From assembly GCA_947374505.1 (NCBI GenBank), contig CANCCE010000001.1:1-43245 (forward strand): DNA of 43,245 bases, in the 5' to 3' direction. This document shows, piece after piece, positions 1-9,111 of this stretch; positions within the stretch are counted from its first letter, which is position 1, and each line of letters starts with the position of its first letter. The translations under genes were made by a program, and so were the position numbers. The notes beneath the pieces are model-generated. The model was not told the origin of the DNA, did not search any database, and saw only the letters and a program-made list of their open reading frames with translations. This stretch comes from Comamonadaceae bacterium. GTDB lineage: Bacteria; Pseudomonadota; Gammaproteobacteria; Burkholderiales; Burkholderiaceae_C.

Positions 1-197
1 TCTTCCGTCCCATCGGGTTTGATGCGGCGTGCCGTCTTCGGCGCCAGACCGAGAAGAGACTTGATGGCCGCCGACGTCTGGGACCTCGCCTTTAATTCCA
101 GCATCTGTCCGAGCAAGGTGAGGGAAATAATGACAGCAGCAGCCTCAAAGTAGACCGCCACGCGGCCCATCGCGATGAATGAAGGTGGAAACACACC
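1..197 (-). pseudogene. 5'-truncated fragment of a Cu(+)/Ag(+)-translocating P1B-type ATPase (CopA/SilP-like), continues off the left edge
   Basis: Manual minus-strand translation [65 protein letters not shown] contains the CopA YFE..A.II motif and the A-domain linker. Similarity stops at about 197 and the N-terminal part is absent. Confidence 0.85.
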
Positions 198-212
198 TAG
201 GGTAACCCCTGA

Positions 213-230
213 ATTGCATACGCATGCAAT
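213..230. promoter_or_regulatory. Putative LacI-family operator
   Basis: Near-perfect palindrome ATTGCATACGCATGCAAT with central CG, 60 bp upstream of an operon that encodes a LacI regulator. Confidence 0.65.
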
Positions 231-289
231 GTCTGAATAATTTGAATGTACACACAGGCATTCTTTATTTAAATTCAGGAACTGAACCC

Positions 290-1612
290 ATGATCCGATA
301 CCTCAAACGCGGCCGCGACGTGCAGGCCCGAGCAGATGACGACGTCAAAGTGCGGGCCACTGTCGAAGGCATTATTCGCGACATTGAACAACGCGGTGAT
401 GACGCGGTGCGAGAGTACAGCCGGAAATTTGACAGTTGGGAGCCCGCTGAATTCCGGCTGTCGCAGGGTCAGATCGAGCAGGCCATGAACAGCCTGTCGG
501 CGCGTGAACTCGAGGACATCCGATTTGCGCAAGCTCAGATCCGCAATTTTGCGCAAATCCAGCGCGACTCGATGCGCGATGTGGAGGTGGAAACCCGCCC
601 CGGCGTGATCCTTGGCCACCGCCACATTCCCGTCAATGCCGTGGGCTGTTACGTACCCGGTGGAAAGTACCCGATGATCGCGTCGGCCCACATGAGCGCA
701 CTGACAGCCAAGGTGGCCGGGGTCAAGCGCATCGTCTCAACGGCACCGCCGTTCAAGGGCGCGCCGCATCCAGCCATCGTCACCGCCATGCACCTTGCCG
801 GCGCGGACGAGATACTGGTGCTCGGCGGTGTGCAGGCTGTGGTGGCGATGGCGGTCGGCACGCCCAGCCTTAAACCGGTTGACATGCTGGTGGGCCCGGG
901 CAACATGTTTGTGGCCGAGGCGAAACGCCAGTTGTACGGCCGTGTCGGCATCGACCTGTTCGCCGGACCGACTGAAACGCTGGTGATCGCAGATGACTCC
1001 GTCGACGGTGAGCTGGTGGCGGTTGACCTGCTGGGTCAGGCCGAACACGGCGCCACCTCGCCCGCTGTGCTGCTGACCGACAGCGAAGCCCTGGCACGCA
1101 GCACCATGGCCGAAATCGAGCGCCAGCTGAAGATATTGCCAACTGCGGCCATTGCCTCGCTGAGCTGGGCAGAGTTCGGCGAAGTCATCGTTTGCGACAG
1201 CCGCGAAGAGATGCTGCAAAAGGCCGACGAACTGGCGTCTGAGCACGTGCAGATCATGACGCGTGAGCCCGACTATTTCCTGAACAACATGACCAATTAC
1301 GGCGCCTTGTTCATCGGCCCGCGTACCAACGTGGCGTTTGGCGACAAGGTCATTGGCACCAACCACACGCTGCCGACCAACAAGGCTGCTCGCTACACCG
1401 GCGGTCTGTGGGTCGGCAAGTTCCTCAAGACCTGCACCTATCAAAAGGTGACGACCGACGAAGCCAGCGCAGAGATCGGTGAGTACTGCTCGCGCCTGTG
1501 TCACATGGAAAATTTTGCCGGCCATGGCGAGCAGGCCAATATCCGGGTGCGCCGATATGGCACACGGCCGGACGTGCCTTGGTACCAACCCGTGCCAGCG
1601 CTGGAAGCATGA
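290..1612 (+). CDS. Histidinol dehydrogenase-family protein, catabolic HpsN (sulfopropanediol 3-dehydrogenase)-like paralogue
   Basis: HisD motifs [25 protein letters not shown] and NHTLPT. It has GDK instead of the GDY of HisD and no his genes nearby. Start moved to ATG 290 (AGGA RBS). Confidence 0.85.
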   Translation: MIRYLKRGRDVQARADDDVKVRATVEGIIRDIEQRGDDAVREYSRKFDSWEPAEFRLSQGQIEQAMNSLSARELEDIRFAQAQIRNFAQIQRDSMRDVEVETRPGVILGHRHIPVNAVGCYVPGGKYPMIASAHMSALTAKVAGVKRIVSTAPPFKGAPHPAIVTAMHLAGADEILVLGGVQAVVAMAVGTPSLKPVDMLVGPGNMFVAEAKRQLYGRVGIDLFAGPTETLVIADDSVDGELVAVDLLGQAEHGATSPAVLLTDSEALARSTMAEIERQLKILPTAAIASLSWAEFGEVIVCDSREEMLQKADELASEHVQIMTREPDYFLNNMTNYGALFIGPRTNVAFGDKVIGTNHTLPTNKAARYTGGLWVGKFLKTCTYQKVTTDEASAEIGEYCSRLCHMENFAGHGEQANIRVRRYGTRPDVPWYQPVPALEA

Positions 1613-1637
1613 GCGCGGTGCCTTGCATCTCGGCGGC

Positions 1638-2678
1638 ATGAAGTCCAATCCGACGGCACACGACGTCGCCCGGCTGGCGGGCGTTTCCCAGTCGGCCGTG
1701 AGCCGCACCTTCACCGCTGGCGCCAGTGTGGCGCCAGCCACTCGGGAGCGCATCTTGGCGGCTGCACGCGAGATCGGTTACCGGCCCAATGCCATTGCCC
1801 GCAGCCTCATCACCCGGCGCAGCCGCATCGTTGGGCTGGTCATGAGCTATCTTGAAAATCAGTTCTACCCGCTGGTCATTGAGCGATTTTCGCAAGCGCT
1901 GCAACGCAACGGCTATCACGTGTTGCTGTTCATCAGCGAGACGGCGGATGCGGACGCGATTCTGACCGACATCCTTCAGTACCAAGTCGACGGGATCGTG
2001 ATGGCGTCCACCACGCTGTCGTCTGGTCTGGCACAGGACTGCGCCAAAGCCGGCATCCCGGTGGTGTTGTTCAACCGGGTGGCGCAGCTCGGCGCCATGG
2101 GGCGTTTCTCCACCAGTTCGGTGACGTCGCAAAACCGCGAGGGCGGCCGGCTGGTGGGTGAACTGTTGCTGCGAACCGGTCACCGCCGCATCGCTTGGCT
2201 GGCCGGACTTGAGAACGCCTCAACCAGCCTGGACCGCGAGGCTGGGCTTGGCGAGGCGCTAGAGGAAGCCGGGTTGGCGCTGTACGCCAGAGGCGTTGGT
2301 CGTTATGACTTTGCTGAGGCAAAGCGAGTCGTGCTGGAGATGTTCAGCGACCCGGCTACACGGCCCGATGCATTGTTTGCCGCGAACGACCACATGGCCA
2401 TTGCGGCGCTGGAGACTTTGCGCACCGACCTCGGGCTTCGGGTGCCAGAAGACGTCTCGGTGGTGGGCTTTGACAACGTGCCGCAAGCGGCGTGGCCATC
2501 CTTTAACTTGACCACGGTGCAGCAGGATGTGGACCGCATGGTGGAGGCCACCCGTACCCTGTTGTTCGAACAAATCGACGGCGAAGTGCTGGCGCGCAGC
2601 GTGACCGTGCCCTGCGTGCTGGTGGAGCGCGGCACCGTGCGCGTTCGCGAATCCCGGCGCGCATTGACATCCATATAA
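1638..2678 (+). CDS. LacI-family transcriptional regulator (HpsR-like)
   Basis: N-terminal HTH TAHDVARLAGVSQSAVSR, hinge YRPNAIARSL, C-terminal VPEDVSVVGFDN. Start moved to ATG 1638. Confidence 0.92.
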   Translation: MKSNPTAHDVARLAGVSQSAVSRTFTAGASVAPATRERILAAAREIGYRPNAIARSLITRRSRIVGLVMSYLENQFYPLVIERFSQALQRNGYHVLLFISETADADAILTDILQYQVDGIVMASTTLSSGLAQDCAKAGIPVVLFNRVAQLGAMGRFSTSSVTSQNREGGRLVGELLLRTGHRRIAWLAGLENASTSLDREAGLGEALEEAGLALYARGVGRYDFAEAKRVVLEMFSDPATRPDALFAANDHMAIAALETLRTDLGLRVPEDVSVVGFDNVPQAAWPSFNLTTVQQDVDRMVEATRTLLFEQIDGEVLARSVTVPCVLVERGTVRVRESRRALTSI

Positions 2679-2696
2679 GAACGGGAACACAACAAC

Positions 2697-3650
2697 ATGA
2701 CTGATATTCAAAAATTCATTGGCGACCGGACGATTGCCATCGTGGGTGCCGGCTTGGTCGGCGCCGGCTGGGCAGTGGTCTATGCCCGTGCCGGTTTGAG
2801 GGTGAAGATGTTTGACGCGAATCCGGAGATCACCCGCAAGGCGGTTCCTCTGATCGCGGGGCAGTTGGCCGGACTCAAGAAGCACGGTCTGATCGAGGAA
2901 GAACCCGCTGCCATTCTGGCGCGCATCAGCACGGCATCGACGCTGGCTGAAGCCATTGAAGGCGTGGCCTATGTGCAGGAATCGGTGCTGGAACGTGTTG
3001 ACGTGAAACGCCAGCTGATGATCGACATCGATGCGATGGCATCACCTGAGTTAATCGTTGGCAGCTCTACTTCCGGCATTCCCGGATCGGCGTTCGCGCT
3101 GGGGCTGTCGATCTCGCCACGGGTGCTGATCGTGCATCCGGTCAACCCGCCTTATTTGGTGCCGGTGGTTGAACTGGTGCCGTCACCGGAAACATCGCCC
3201 GCGACCGTTGAATTTGCAAATGCGCTCATGCAGGCTGTCGGCCAGACCGTGGTGCATGTGCGCAAGGAAGTCGAAGGCTTTGTGCTGAACCGCTTACAGG
3301 CAGTGCTGCTGCGAGAAGCCTGGGCGCTGGTGCAGGAAGGCGTTGCCAGCTGTGAAGACATTGACAAGACCGTGCGCGACGGCCTGGGTTGGCGCTGGTC
3401 TTTCATGGGGCCGTTCGAGACCATCGATCTGAATGCGCCCGGTGGCGTTGCTGACTATGCCGAGCGACTGGGTCCGCTGTACCAGCGCATCGCCGCATCG
3501 CGCCAGCACGAACAACCGTGGGATGAGGCGCTGATCAAGGAGGTGGAGGTGCAACGCCGAGAGCACTTGGACCATGCCGAGCTGGAGTCGCGCCGCGCTT
3601 GGCGTGATGAAAAACTGATGGCATTAGCCGCTGCCCGACGGCGGCCTTGA
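2697..3650 (+). CDS. 3-hydroxyacyl-CoA dehydrogenase superfamily, lambda-crystallin / L-gulonate 3-dehydrogenase-like
   Basis: GAGLVG Rossmann motif, VQESVLE, SSTS, HPVNPP, GFVLNRLQ, GLGWRWSFMGPFETIDLNA. Confidence 0.85.
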   Translation: MTDIQKFIGDRTIAIVGAGLVGAGWAVVYARAGLRVKMFDANPEITRKAVPLIAGQLAGLKKHGLIEEEPAAILARISTASTLAEAIEGVAYVQESVLERVDVKRQLMIDIDAMASPELIVGSSTSGIPGSAFALGLSISPRVLIVHPVNPPYLVPVVELVPSPETSPATVEFANALMQAVGQTVVHVRKEVEGFVLNRLQAVLLREAWALVQEGVASCEDIDKTVRDGLGWRWSFMGPFETIDLNAPGGVADYAERLGPLYQRIAASRQHEQPWDEALIKEVEVQRREHLDHAELESRRAWRDEKLMALAAARRRP

Positions 3651-3695
3651 TCCCAATACCCTTCATTCAACCCAACCAACCGAAACGACTTCATC

Positions 3696-4697
3696 GTGAA
3701 TATGTACCCCACACTCCCCGCCCAAGCCCTCCATCGCCTTCTGGGCGCAGCCATGGCACTGGCTGCCATCTGCCTGCCCGCTGCACATGCGCAGAGCGAA
3801 TACCCCAACAAGCCGATCCGCCTGATCGTGCCCTTCGCCACCGCTGGCGTGACCGACACCAGTGCCCGCATCGTGGCCGAGAAGCTCAGTCGGGAGCTGG
3901 GCCAGCAGGTGGTGGTCGACAACAAGCCTGGCGCAGCCGGCAATATCGGCACCCAGATGGTGGCGCGAGCCGAACCGGACGGCTACACCTTGCTGCTCGG
4001 CTATGACGGCACGCTGGTGATCAACCCCAACGTCTATGTCAAGGTGCCTTTCGACCCTGTCAAGGACTTCGCACCCATCGGCAAGATCGGTGACGCGATT
4101 CTGGTGGTCGCGACCAACGCCAAGTTGGGCGTCAACACCATGGCCGAACTGCAGAACTACGCCAAGACCGTTCCGGGCGGCATGTCCTACGGTAGCGCAG
4201 GCACCGGCAGCACCACCCATCTGGCCGGCGAAATGCTGCACCAGCGCACCGGCATCCCGATGACCCACGTGCCCTACAAGGGCGGCGGGCAGGCGGTGGC
4301 TGACGTGGTGGGCGGCGCCCTGCCGGTGACGTTCGCCGCGGTGGCGGGCGCCATGCCCTTCGTCAAGGGTGGCCAGATCAAAGCCGTGGCCGTCACCTCG
4401 CGCCAGCGTGCGCCTTCACTGCCGGACGTACCGACCTTCATCGAAGCCGGCCTGAAGGACTTTGAGATCAACTCCTGGGTCGGTCTGCTGGCGCCAGCGC
4501 GCACGCCCAAGCCAGTGATCGACAAGCTGAATGTGGCGCTGCAAAAGGTGCTGAACGCGCCCGACATGCGCGACCGCCTCTCTTCGCTGGGCATCGTGGC
4601 CATGCCTGGCACGCCCGAGGCCTACGGCCGCGAGATTGTGCGCGACCTGGAAAAGAACAAGGCGATCGTCAAAGCCGCCGACATCAAGCTTGAATAA
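3696..4697 (+). CDS. Bug/TctC tripartite tricarboxylate transporter substrate-binding protein
   Basis: Signal peptide, YPNKPIRLIVPF, VVDNKPGAAGNIG, PDGYTLLL, HVPYKGGG. Confidence 0.93.
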   Translation: MNMYPTLPAQALHRLLGAAMALAAICLPAAHAQSEYPNKPIRLIVPFATAGVTDTSARIVAEKLSRELGQQVVVDNKPGAAGNIGTQMVARAEPDGYTLLLGYDGTLVINPNVYVKVPFDPVKDFAPIGKIGDAILVVATNAKLGVNTMAELQNYAKTVPGGMSYGSAGTGSTTHLAGEMLHQRTGIPMTHVPYKGGGQAVADVVGGALPVTFAAVAGAMPFVKGGQIKAVAVTSRQRAPSLPDVPTFIEAGLKDFEINSWVGLLAPARTPKPVIDKLNVALQKVLNAPDMRDRLSSLGIVAMPGTPEAYGREIVRDLEKNKAIVKAADIKLE

Positions 4698-4736
4698 GCG
4701 CCTTTCTTTGTTTTCTTATTTTTGACTGGAACCGCC

Positions 4737-5600
4737 ATGGCTAATCCCATCCTTCGACAAAAACTCGCTGCGGGAGAATTCCTTGTCATCCCCGGCGTAC
4801 AGGACATGATCGCCACCGTCATGACCAACAAGGTCGGTTTCGACATCATCTACGGGACCGGCTACTGGACCACCGCCTCAGCCTACGGCCTGCCGGACGC
4901 CGGCATCGCCACCTACACCCAGATGGTGGACCGCATGCGCACCATCACGCGGACCAGCAAGGCCGCCCTTATCGCCGACGCAGACACCGGCTACGGCGGC
5001 CTGCTCAACGTGCACCACACGGTGCGTGGGTATGAGGAGGCCGGGGTCACCGCGATCCAGATCGAGGACCAGGAATTCCCTAAAAAGTGCGGCCACACGC
5101 CGTACAAGCGCTGTGTGCCTATTGAAGACATGGTCGAGAAAATCAAGGTCGCGTCGGAAGCTCGCGAAGACAAGGAGAACTTCCTCATCATCGCCCGTAC
5201 CGATGCGCGCGCCAGCCTCGGCGTGGACGATGCTTTGCGCCGCATGGAGGCCTATGCAAAGGCCGGTGCTGACATCCTGTTCTTCGAGGCGCCTCAGTCC
5301 GAGGAAGAGATGCGCCGCGCCTGCGAGGCCTTCGACCTGCCCATGATGGCGAACATGGCCGACGGCGGGAAAACACCCATTCTGCCGGCCGATGTGCTCA
5401 AGGAAATCGGCTATTCGCTCGCCATCTTTCCCGCCATGACGAGCTTGGTCGCAGCCGCTGCGATGGAGAGGGCGCTGCGCCACCTCAAGGAGGCAGGCAC
5501 CAGCCTGTCGCCCGACATTCCCATGACCGACTTCAATGAGTTCTGCCAGTTGATTGGCTTCGATGAAGTCTGGGACTTCGAGAAGCGCTGGGCACGTTGA
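4737..5600 (+). CDS. Isocitrate lyase/PEP mutase family C-C lyase (2,3-dimethylmalate / methylisocitrate lyase-like)
   Basis: DADTGYG, IEDQ.FPKKCGH (catalytic Cys loop), IIARTDAR. Start at ATG 4737. Confidence 0.9.
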   Translation: MANPILRQKLAAGEFLVIPGVQDMIATVMTNKVGFDIIYGTGYWTTASAYGLPDAGIATYTQMVDRMRTITRTSKAALIADADTGYGGLLNVHHTVRGYEEAGVTAIQIEDQEFPKKCGHTPYKRCVPIEDMVEKIKVASEAREDKENFLIIARTDARASLGVDDALRRMEAYAKAGADILFFEAPQSEEEMRRACEAFDLPMMANMADGGKTPILPADVLKEIGYSLAIFPAMTSLVAAAAMERALRHLKEAGTSLSPDIPMTDFNEFCQLIGFDEVWDFEKRWAR

Positions 5601-6048
5601 CAAAACGCTTTCCGCTGGACTGCGTTGCACATCCGAGACTCCTCAGCGCGGCTTACCGCATCTCTACACTCGCTAAGATCCAAGAACGTTTCGACCACCT
5701 CGCGGCCGATCAGGCACTGCGGGATATGGTGGTTTTTAAATGGCCGGGACAGCAATCCACGAGGTAGAAAAAACGGGTTGATGTTTTGCCTTTGTGAATG
5801 GGCAGTGGCACGAGGATATCGGTGGCTGCCCGCCGTTAGCCGTTACCGCTTGGTTTGAGGAGACCGCCGAGCGGTGCTACGAAATGTGAGAGCGATAAGG
5901 TTGCGTTACGGTCAATCCACGGGCCCGCAACTTTCTGGTGTGGCACACGGAGTCCGACTGGGTCACCCGCATGCCGGATGGTGTGGCAGGGCGCCTCCGT
6001 TTCGAGCCACCTTATACCGAGGGTTCTTTCCCATGCGGTTGACCGCGC

Positions 6049-6141
6049 TTACTGAGCCAATCCTTCAATGGCAATGTCGATGCGCACGTCGTCGCCGACA
6101 TAGGGTGCGTATTTACCGGCGTTGAATTCACTGCGGTTGAT
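6049..6141 (-). pseudogene. C-terminal remnant of a YceI (polyisoprenoid-binding) family gene
   Basis: Manual translation INRSEFNAGKYAPYVGDDVRIDIAIEGLAQ* matches the YceI C-terminus. An in-frame TGA lies just upstream (6151-6153) and there is no start codon. Confidence 0.75.
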
Positions 6142-6356
6142 CGGAACCGGTCAAAGTGTCACGGGGGTGAGTGCATACCAATGTCTAACTCGCCGGTAGT
6201 CATGCCCATCCACAGGTCATCGAATCGGAGAGACATAAAAATCAGCGGAATAGGCTCTTTTTTTGTACGATCAAGCCATGTCGCAGTGTTGACGATCAAA
6301 AATCAGTAGGCAGACCGGAACAAAATCCGACAGTGAAATTTTAAGAAGGAAAGATC

Positions 6357-7325
6357 ATGCGATATTTTTTCGCTACGGCGTTATCCGCTTTCAGCTTGCT
6401 TTTACCGTTTGCTACTGCCACAGCGCAAACATATCCTGATCGGCCGATCAAGGTGATCGTGCCCTACGGTTCGGGCGGTGTTGACGTCCAGATGCGCTTG
6501 GCGCAGACTTTCATGGAGCCCTTGCTGGGCCAGCGTCTCGTGATCGAAAACCGGCCGGGCGCTGGCGCCATCATGGGTACGAGCGCTGTGCGTCATGCCG
6601 CTCCTGATGGCTACACCCTGCTTTTCACCGGAACTTCTGCACTTTCGGTTATCCCTCATATGAAGCGGGTCACGTACAAGATGGACGATTTCGTTCCGAT
6701 TGGAAACCTCACAGGCACGGCGCTAGCCTTTGTCTCCCGTTCGAGCGCGCCCTACAAGACGCTGGCCGAACTGATCTCGTACGCAAAGCAGAATCCCGGC
6801 AAAGTGAACATGGGATCGACTGGGGTCGGAACCACGACCCACATGGTCGGCGAGGCGTTGCAACTGGCCGCCGGAATCAAGCTGACCCATATTCCCTACA
6901 CCGGCAATGCCCAAGTGATCAGCGGACTACTGAGTGGGAGTGTCGATGTCTTTATCGGGATCCCCGGATCCTTCATGCCTCAGGTCAATGCCGGGACTTT
7001 GCGCGCACTTGCAACGACCGGGAACGTGCGGTCTGAGTTCCTGCCTGATGCGCCAACGCTCAAGGAAGCCGGACTGAATGTGGTTGAAGAGACCAAGTTC
7101 GGATTGCTGGCCCCGAAGGGCCTGAATGCCAGCGCGGTGAATAAACTGGCGAATGCCCTCAAAGTCGCCGTCCAAGGTAAAGAGTTTGGTGACAAGATGC
7201 GCGCCAGTTATGTCACGCCGCATTACCTAGACTCGGCGGGATTTGTCGATGCGCTACGTCAGGAAGATGACTACTGGTCAGCCATGCTGAAGCGTCCTGA
7301 GTTTCAGGCGCTGGTGGAAAATTAA
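6357..7325 (+). CDS. Bug/TctC substrate-binding protein
   Basis: Signal peptide, YPDRPIKVIVPY, IENRPGAG, PDGYTLLF, HIPYTG. AGGA RBS. Confidence 0.92.
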   Translation: MRYFFATALSAFSLLLPFATATAQTYPDRPIKVIVPYGSGGVDVQMRLAQTFMEPLLGQRLVIENRPGAGAIMGTSAVRHAAPDGYTLLFTGTSALSVIPHMKRVTYKMDDFVPIGNLTGTALAFVSRSSAPYKTLAELISYAKQNPGKVNMGSTGVGTTTHMVGEALQLAAGIKLTHIPYTGNAQVISGLLSGSVDVFIGIPGSFMPQVNAGTLRALATTGNVRSEFLPDAPTLKEAGLNVVEETKFGLLAPKGLNASAVNKLANALKVAVQGKEFGDKMRASYVTPHYLDSAGFVDALRQEDDYWSAMLKRPEFQALVEN

Positions 7326-7420
7326 GGTGTTGCACCAAGATGCCGCACAAAGACGCAACATGAAGTCCTCCGCAGGTCCATTCCTGCTCACTTCATTTCT
7401 TCAACGTCTTGGGGGTTTCC

Positions 7421-8629
7421 ATGCTGCAGGGTAATCCTGCAACCCGGATGGGCGGGGGCACTATTCGTGGCAAGGCGGCAATTGTGGGCGCCGGCCGGTC
7501 TGAGGTTGGGCGAGTACCGGGGCAAAGCGTGCTGGCCCTGGCTGCCAAAGCGGCAAAGGAGGCTCTCTCCGATGCCGGCATGGATCGGGAAGAGATTGAC
7601 GGCGTTCTGTCTAGCGCCGCGTTGGCCGCACCGTTTCAAAGGTTCAGCGTAGCCTTCAGCGAGTACATGGGCATAAAGCCGTCATTTTCTAACACGCTGG
7701 AGGTTGCTGGCGCCACGGCTGCCACCATGTTCAATATCGCCGCTGCGGCTATTGCAGGGGGACTTGCAAAAAATATTTTGATCGTGGGTTCTGACAGCTT
7801 ATTAACCGGTCTGACCTCTGATCTGGCATTGCATGCGATGACCTCAAGCCGCGACCAGCAGTACGAGATGCCTTTTGGCATTCCGGTTGCAAATTCATTT
7901 GCGATGACAGCCCACCGGCATATGAAGGAATTCGGCACAACTTCAGAGCAGCTTGCCAAGGTCGCCGTGATTCAACGTGAGCATGCCCGCCGGACGCCTG
8001 GCGCGCAGATGACGGAACCTATTACGGTTGCTGATGTTCTGAATTCAGGCTGGGTAACCACGCCTTATCACAAGCTTGATTGCTCATTGATTTCCGACGG
8101 CGCGGCAGCGTTTGTAGTGACATCAGCAGAGCGTGCGAAATCGGGGGTTCGATCAAAACCTGTTTATATCCTTGGCGCGGGCGAATACTACTCGCATGAG
8201 CATGTTTTCCTCATGCCTTCCCTGACAACGACCGGGGCCGTGCAGTCGGGCTTAAATGCCTATGCCATGGCGGGATGCTCAGCGCAAGATATTGACGTTG
8301 CCGGCATCTATGACTGCTTCACCGGCACCGTGATCATGATGCTGGAGGATTTAGGCTTCTGCCCAAAAGGCGAAGGCGGACGTTTTGTTGATGACGGTGA
8401 GATGACCTACGGGGGTTCGATCCCGTGCAATACACACGGTGGACTGCTGTCTTTCGCTCACCCTGGACTGCCGGGCTCCCTGTTCCATTTTCACGAGGTC
8501 GTGCGGCAACTTCGCGGCGAATGCGGTGTACGGCAGGTGGCTGGGGCCGAGTTGGGCTTGGTTCACAGTCTTGGGGCTGGTTTCGCTACGCAGGCGACCA
8601 CGATTCTCGGAACCGAGGCAACGCTTTGA
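7421..8629 (+). CDS. Thiolase-like protein (SCP2/Ltp2-type) lacking the N-terminal nucleophilic Cys
   Basis: AAIVGAG, DCSLISDGAAAFVV, YDCF, NTHGGLLS. Start at ATG 7421 (GGGGG RBS); 7448 is an alternative. Confidence 0.88.
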   Translation: MLQGNPATRMGGGTIRGKAAIVGAGRSEVGRVPGQSVLALAAKAAKEALSDAGMDREEIDGVLSSAALAAPFQRFSVAFSEYMGIKPSFSNTLEVAGATAATMFNIAAAAIAGGLAKNILIVGSDSLLTGLTSDLALHAMTSSRDQQYEMPFGIPVANSFAMTAHRHMKEFGTTSEQLAKVAVIQREHARRTPGAQMTEPITVADVLNSGWVTTPYHKLDCSLISDGAAAFVVTSAERAKSGVRSKPVYILGAGEYYSHEHVFLMPSLTTTGAVQSGLNAYAMAGCSAQDIDVAGIYDCFTGTVIMMLEDLGFCPKGEGGRFVDDGEMTYGGSIPCNTHGGLLSFAHPGLPGSLFHFHEVVRQLRGECGVRQVAGAELGLVHSLGAGFATQATTILGTEATL

Positions 8630-9051
8630 AAGAGTCAGGATCTAAAGGTGCGCATGTGAAGCCGCTACCCACTCCGGATGCAGACACCGAAGCCTATTGG
8701 CGGGGTCTCAAAGAGGGTCGCCTGTTGCTTCAGCATTGCCTTGACTGTGGACACATCCAGTTTTATCAACAGGCGATTTGTCGGCAATGCGCCGGTGAGT
8801 GCCTTGAGCATCGTGCAGCCAGCGGCCTAGGAACAATTCACTCTTACAGTGTTGTGCACCGTGCGCCTGGCCCGGCATTCCGAAGTGAAACGCCCTATGC
8901 CGTGCTATTGGTTGAGCTCGAGGAAGGACCTCGCATGATCAGTCGTCTAGTGGGCGCTGATGTGGCGGACGTTGAGTTCGATATGCCGGTTCAACTGGTT
9001 TGTGAGCAGATCAGTGACGATATTTTTCTCCCTTGTTTCAGGCCGGCCTGA
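8626..9051 (+). CDS. DUF35 Zn-ribbon/OB-fold protein (ChsH2-like), partner of the thiolase-like protein
   Basis: PLPTPDADTEAYW, CxxC...CxxC, GTIHSYSVVHR, PYAVLLVELEEGPRM. TTG 8626 overlaps the upstream stop; GTG 8656 is an alternative start. Confidence 0.9.
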   Translation: MKESGSKGAHVKPLPTPDADTEAYWRGLKEGRLLLQHCLDCGHIQFYQQAICRQCAGECLEHRAASGLGTIHSYSVVHRAPGPAFRSETPYAVLLVELEEGPRMISRLVGADVADVEFDMPVQLVCEQISDDIFLPCFRPA

Positions 9052-9111
9052 AGTGATGATTGAGACCTGCTCACAGTTAACAGCCCTATAAAGGCCGGAA
9101 GGGAAATTTTG

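Noticed and set aside
290-1612. Calling this the biosynthetic hisD
   Set aside because: No his operon context, GDK in place of GDY, and a catabolic neighbourhood.
737-1753. Long antisense or alternative-frame ORFs (e.g. 737-1753, 4878-5630, 24788-25603, 27907-28893, 28785-29618, 41822-42559)
   Set aside because: They are shadows of well-supported genes in GC-rich DNA and show no motifs.
5936-5988. Direct repeat TGGTGTGGCA x2 as a CRISPR repeat or sigma54 promoter
   Set aside because: Only two 10-bp copies, and no TTGC at the -12 position.
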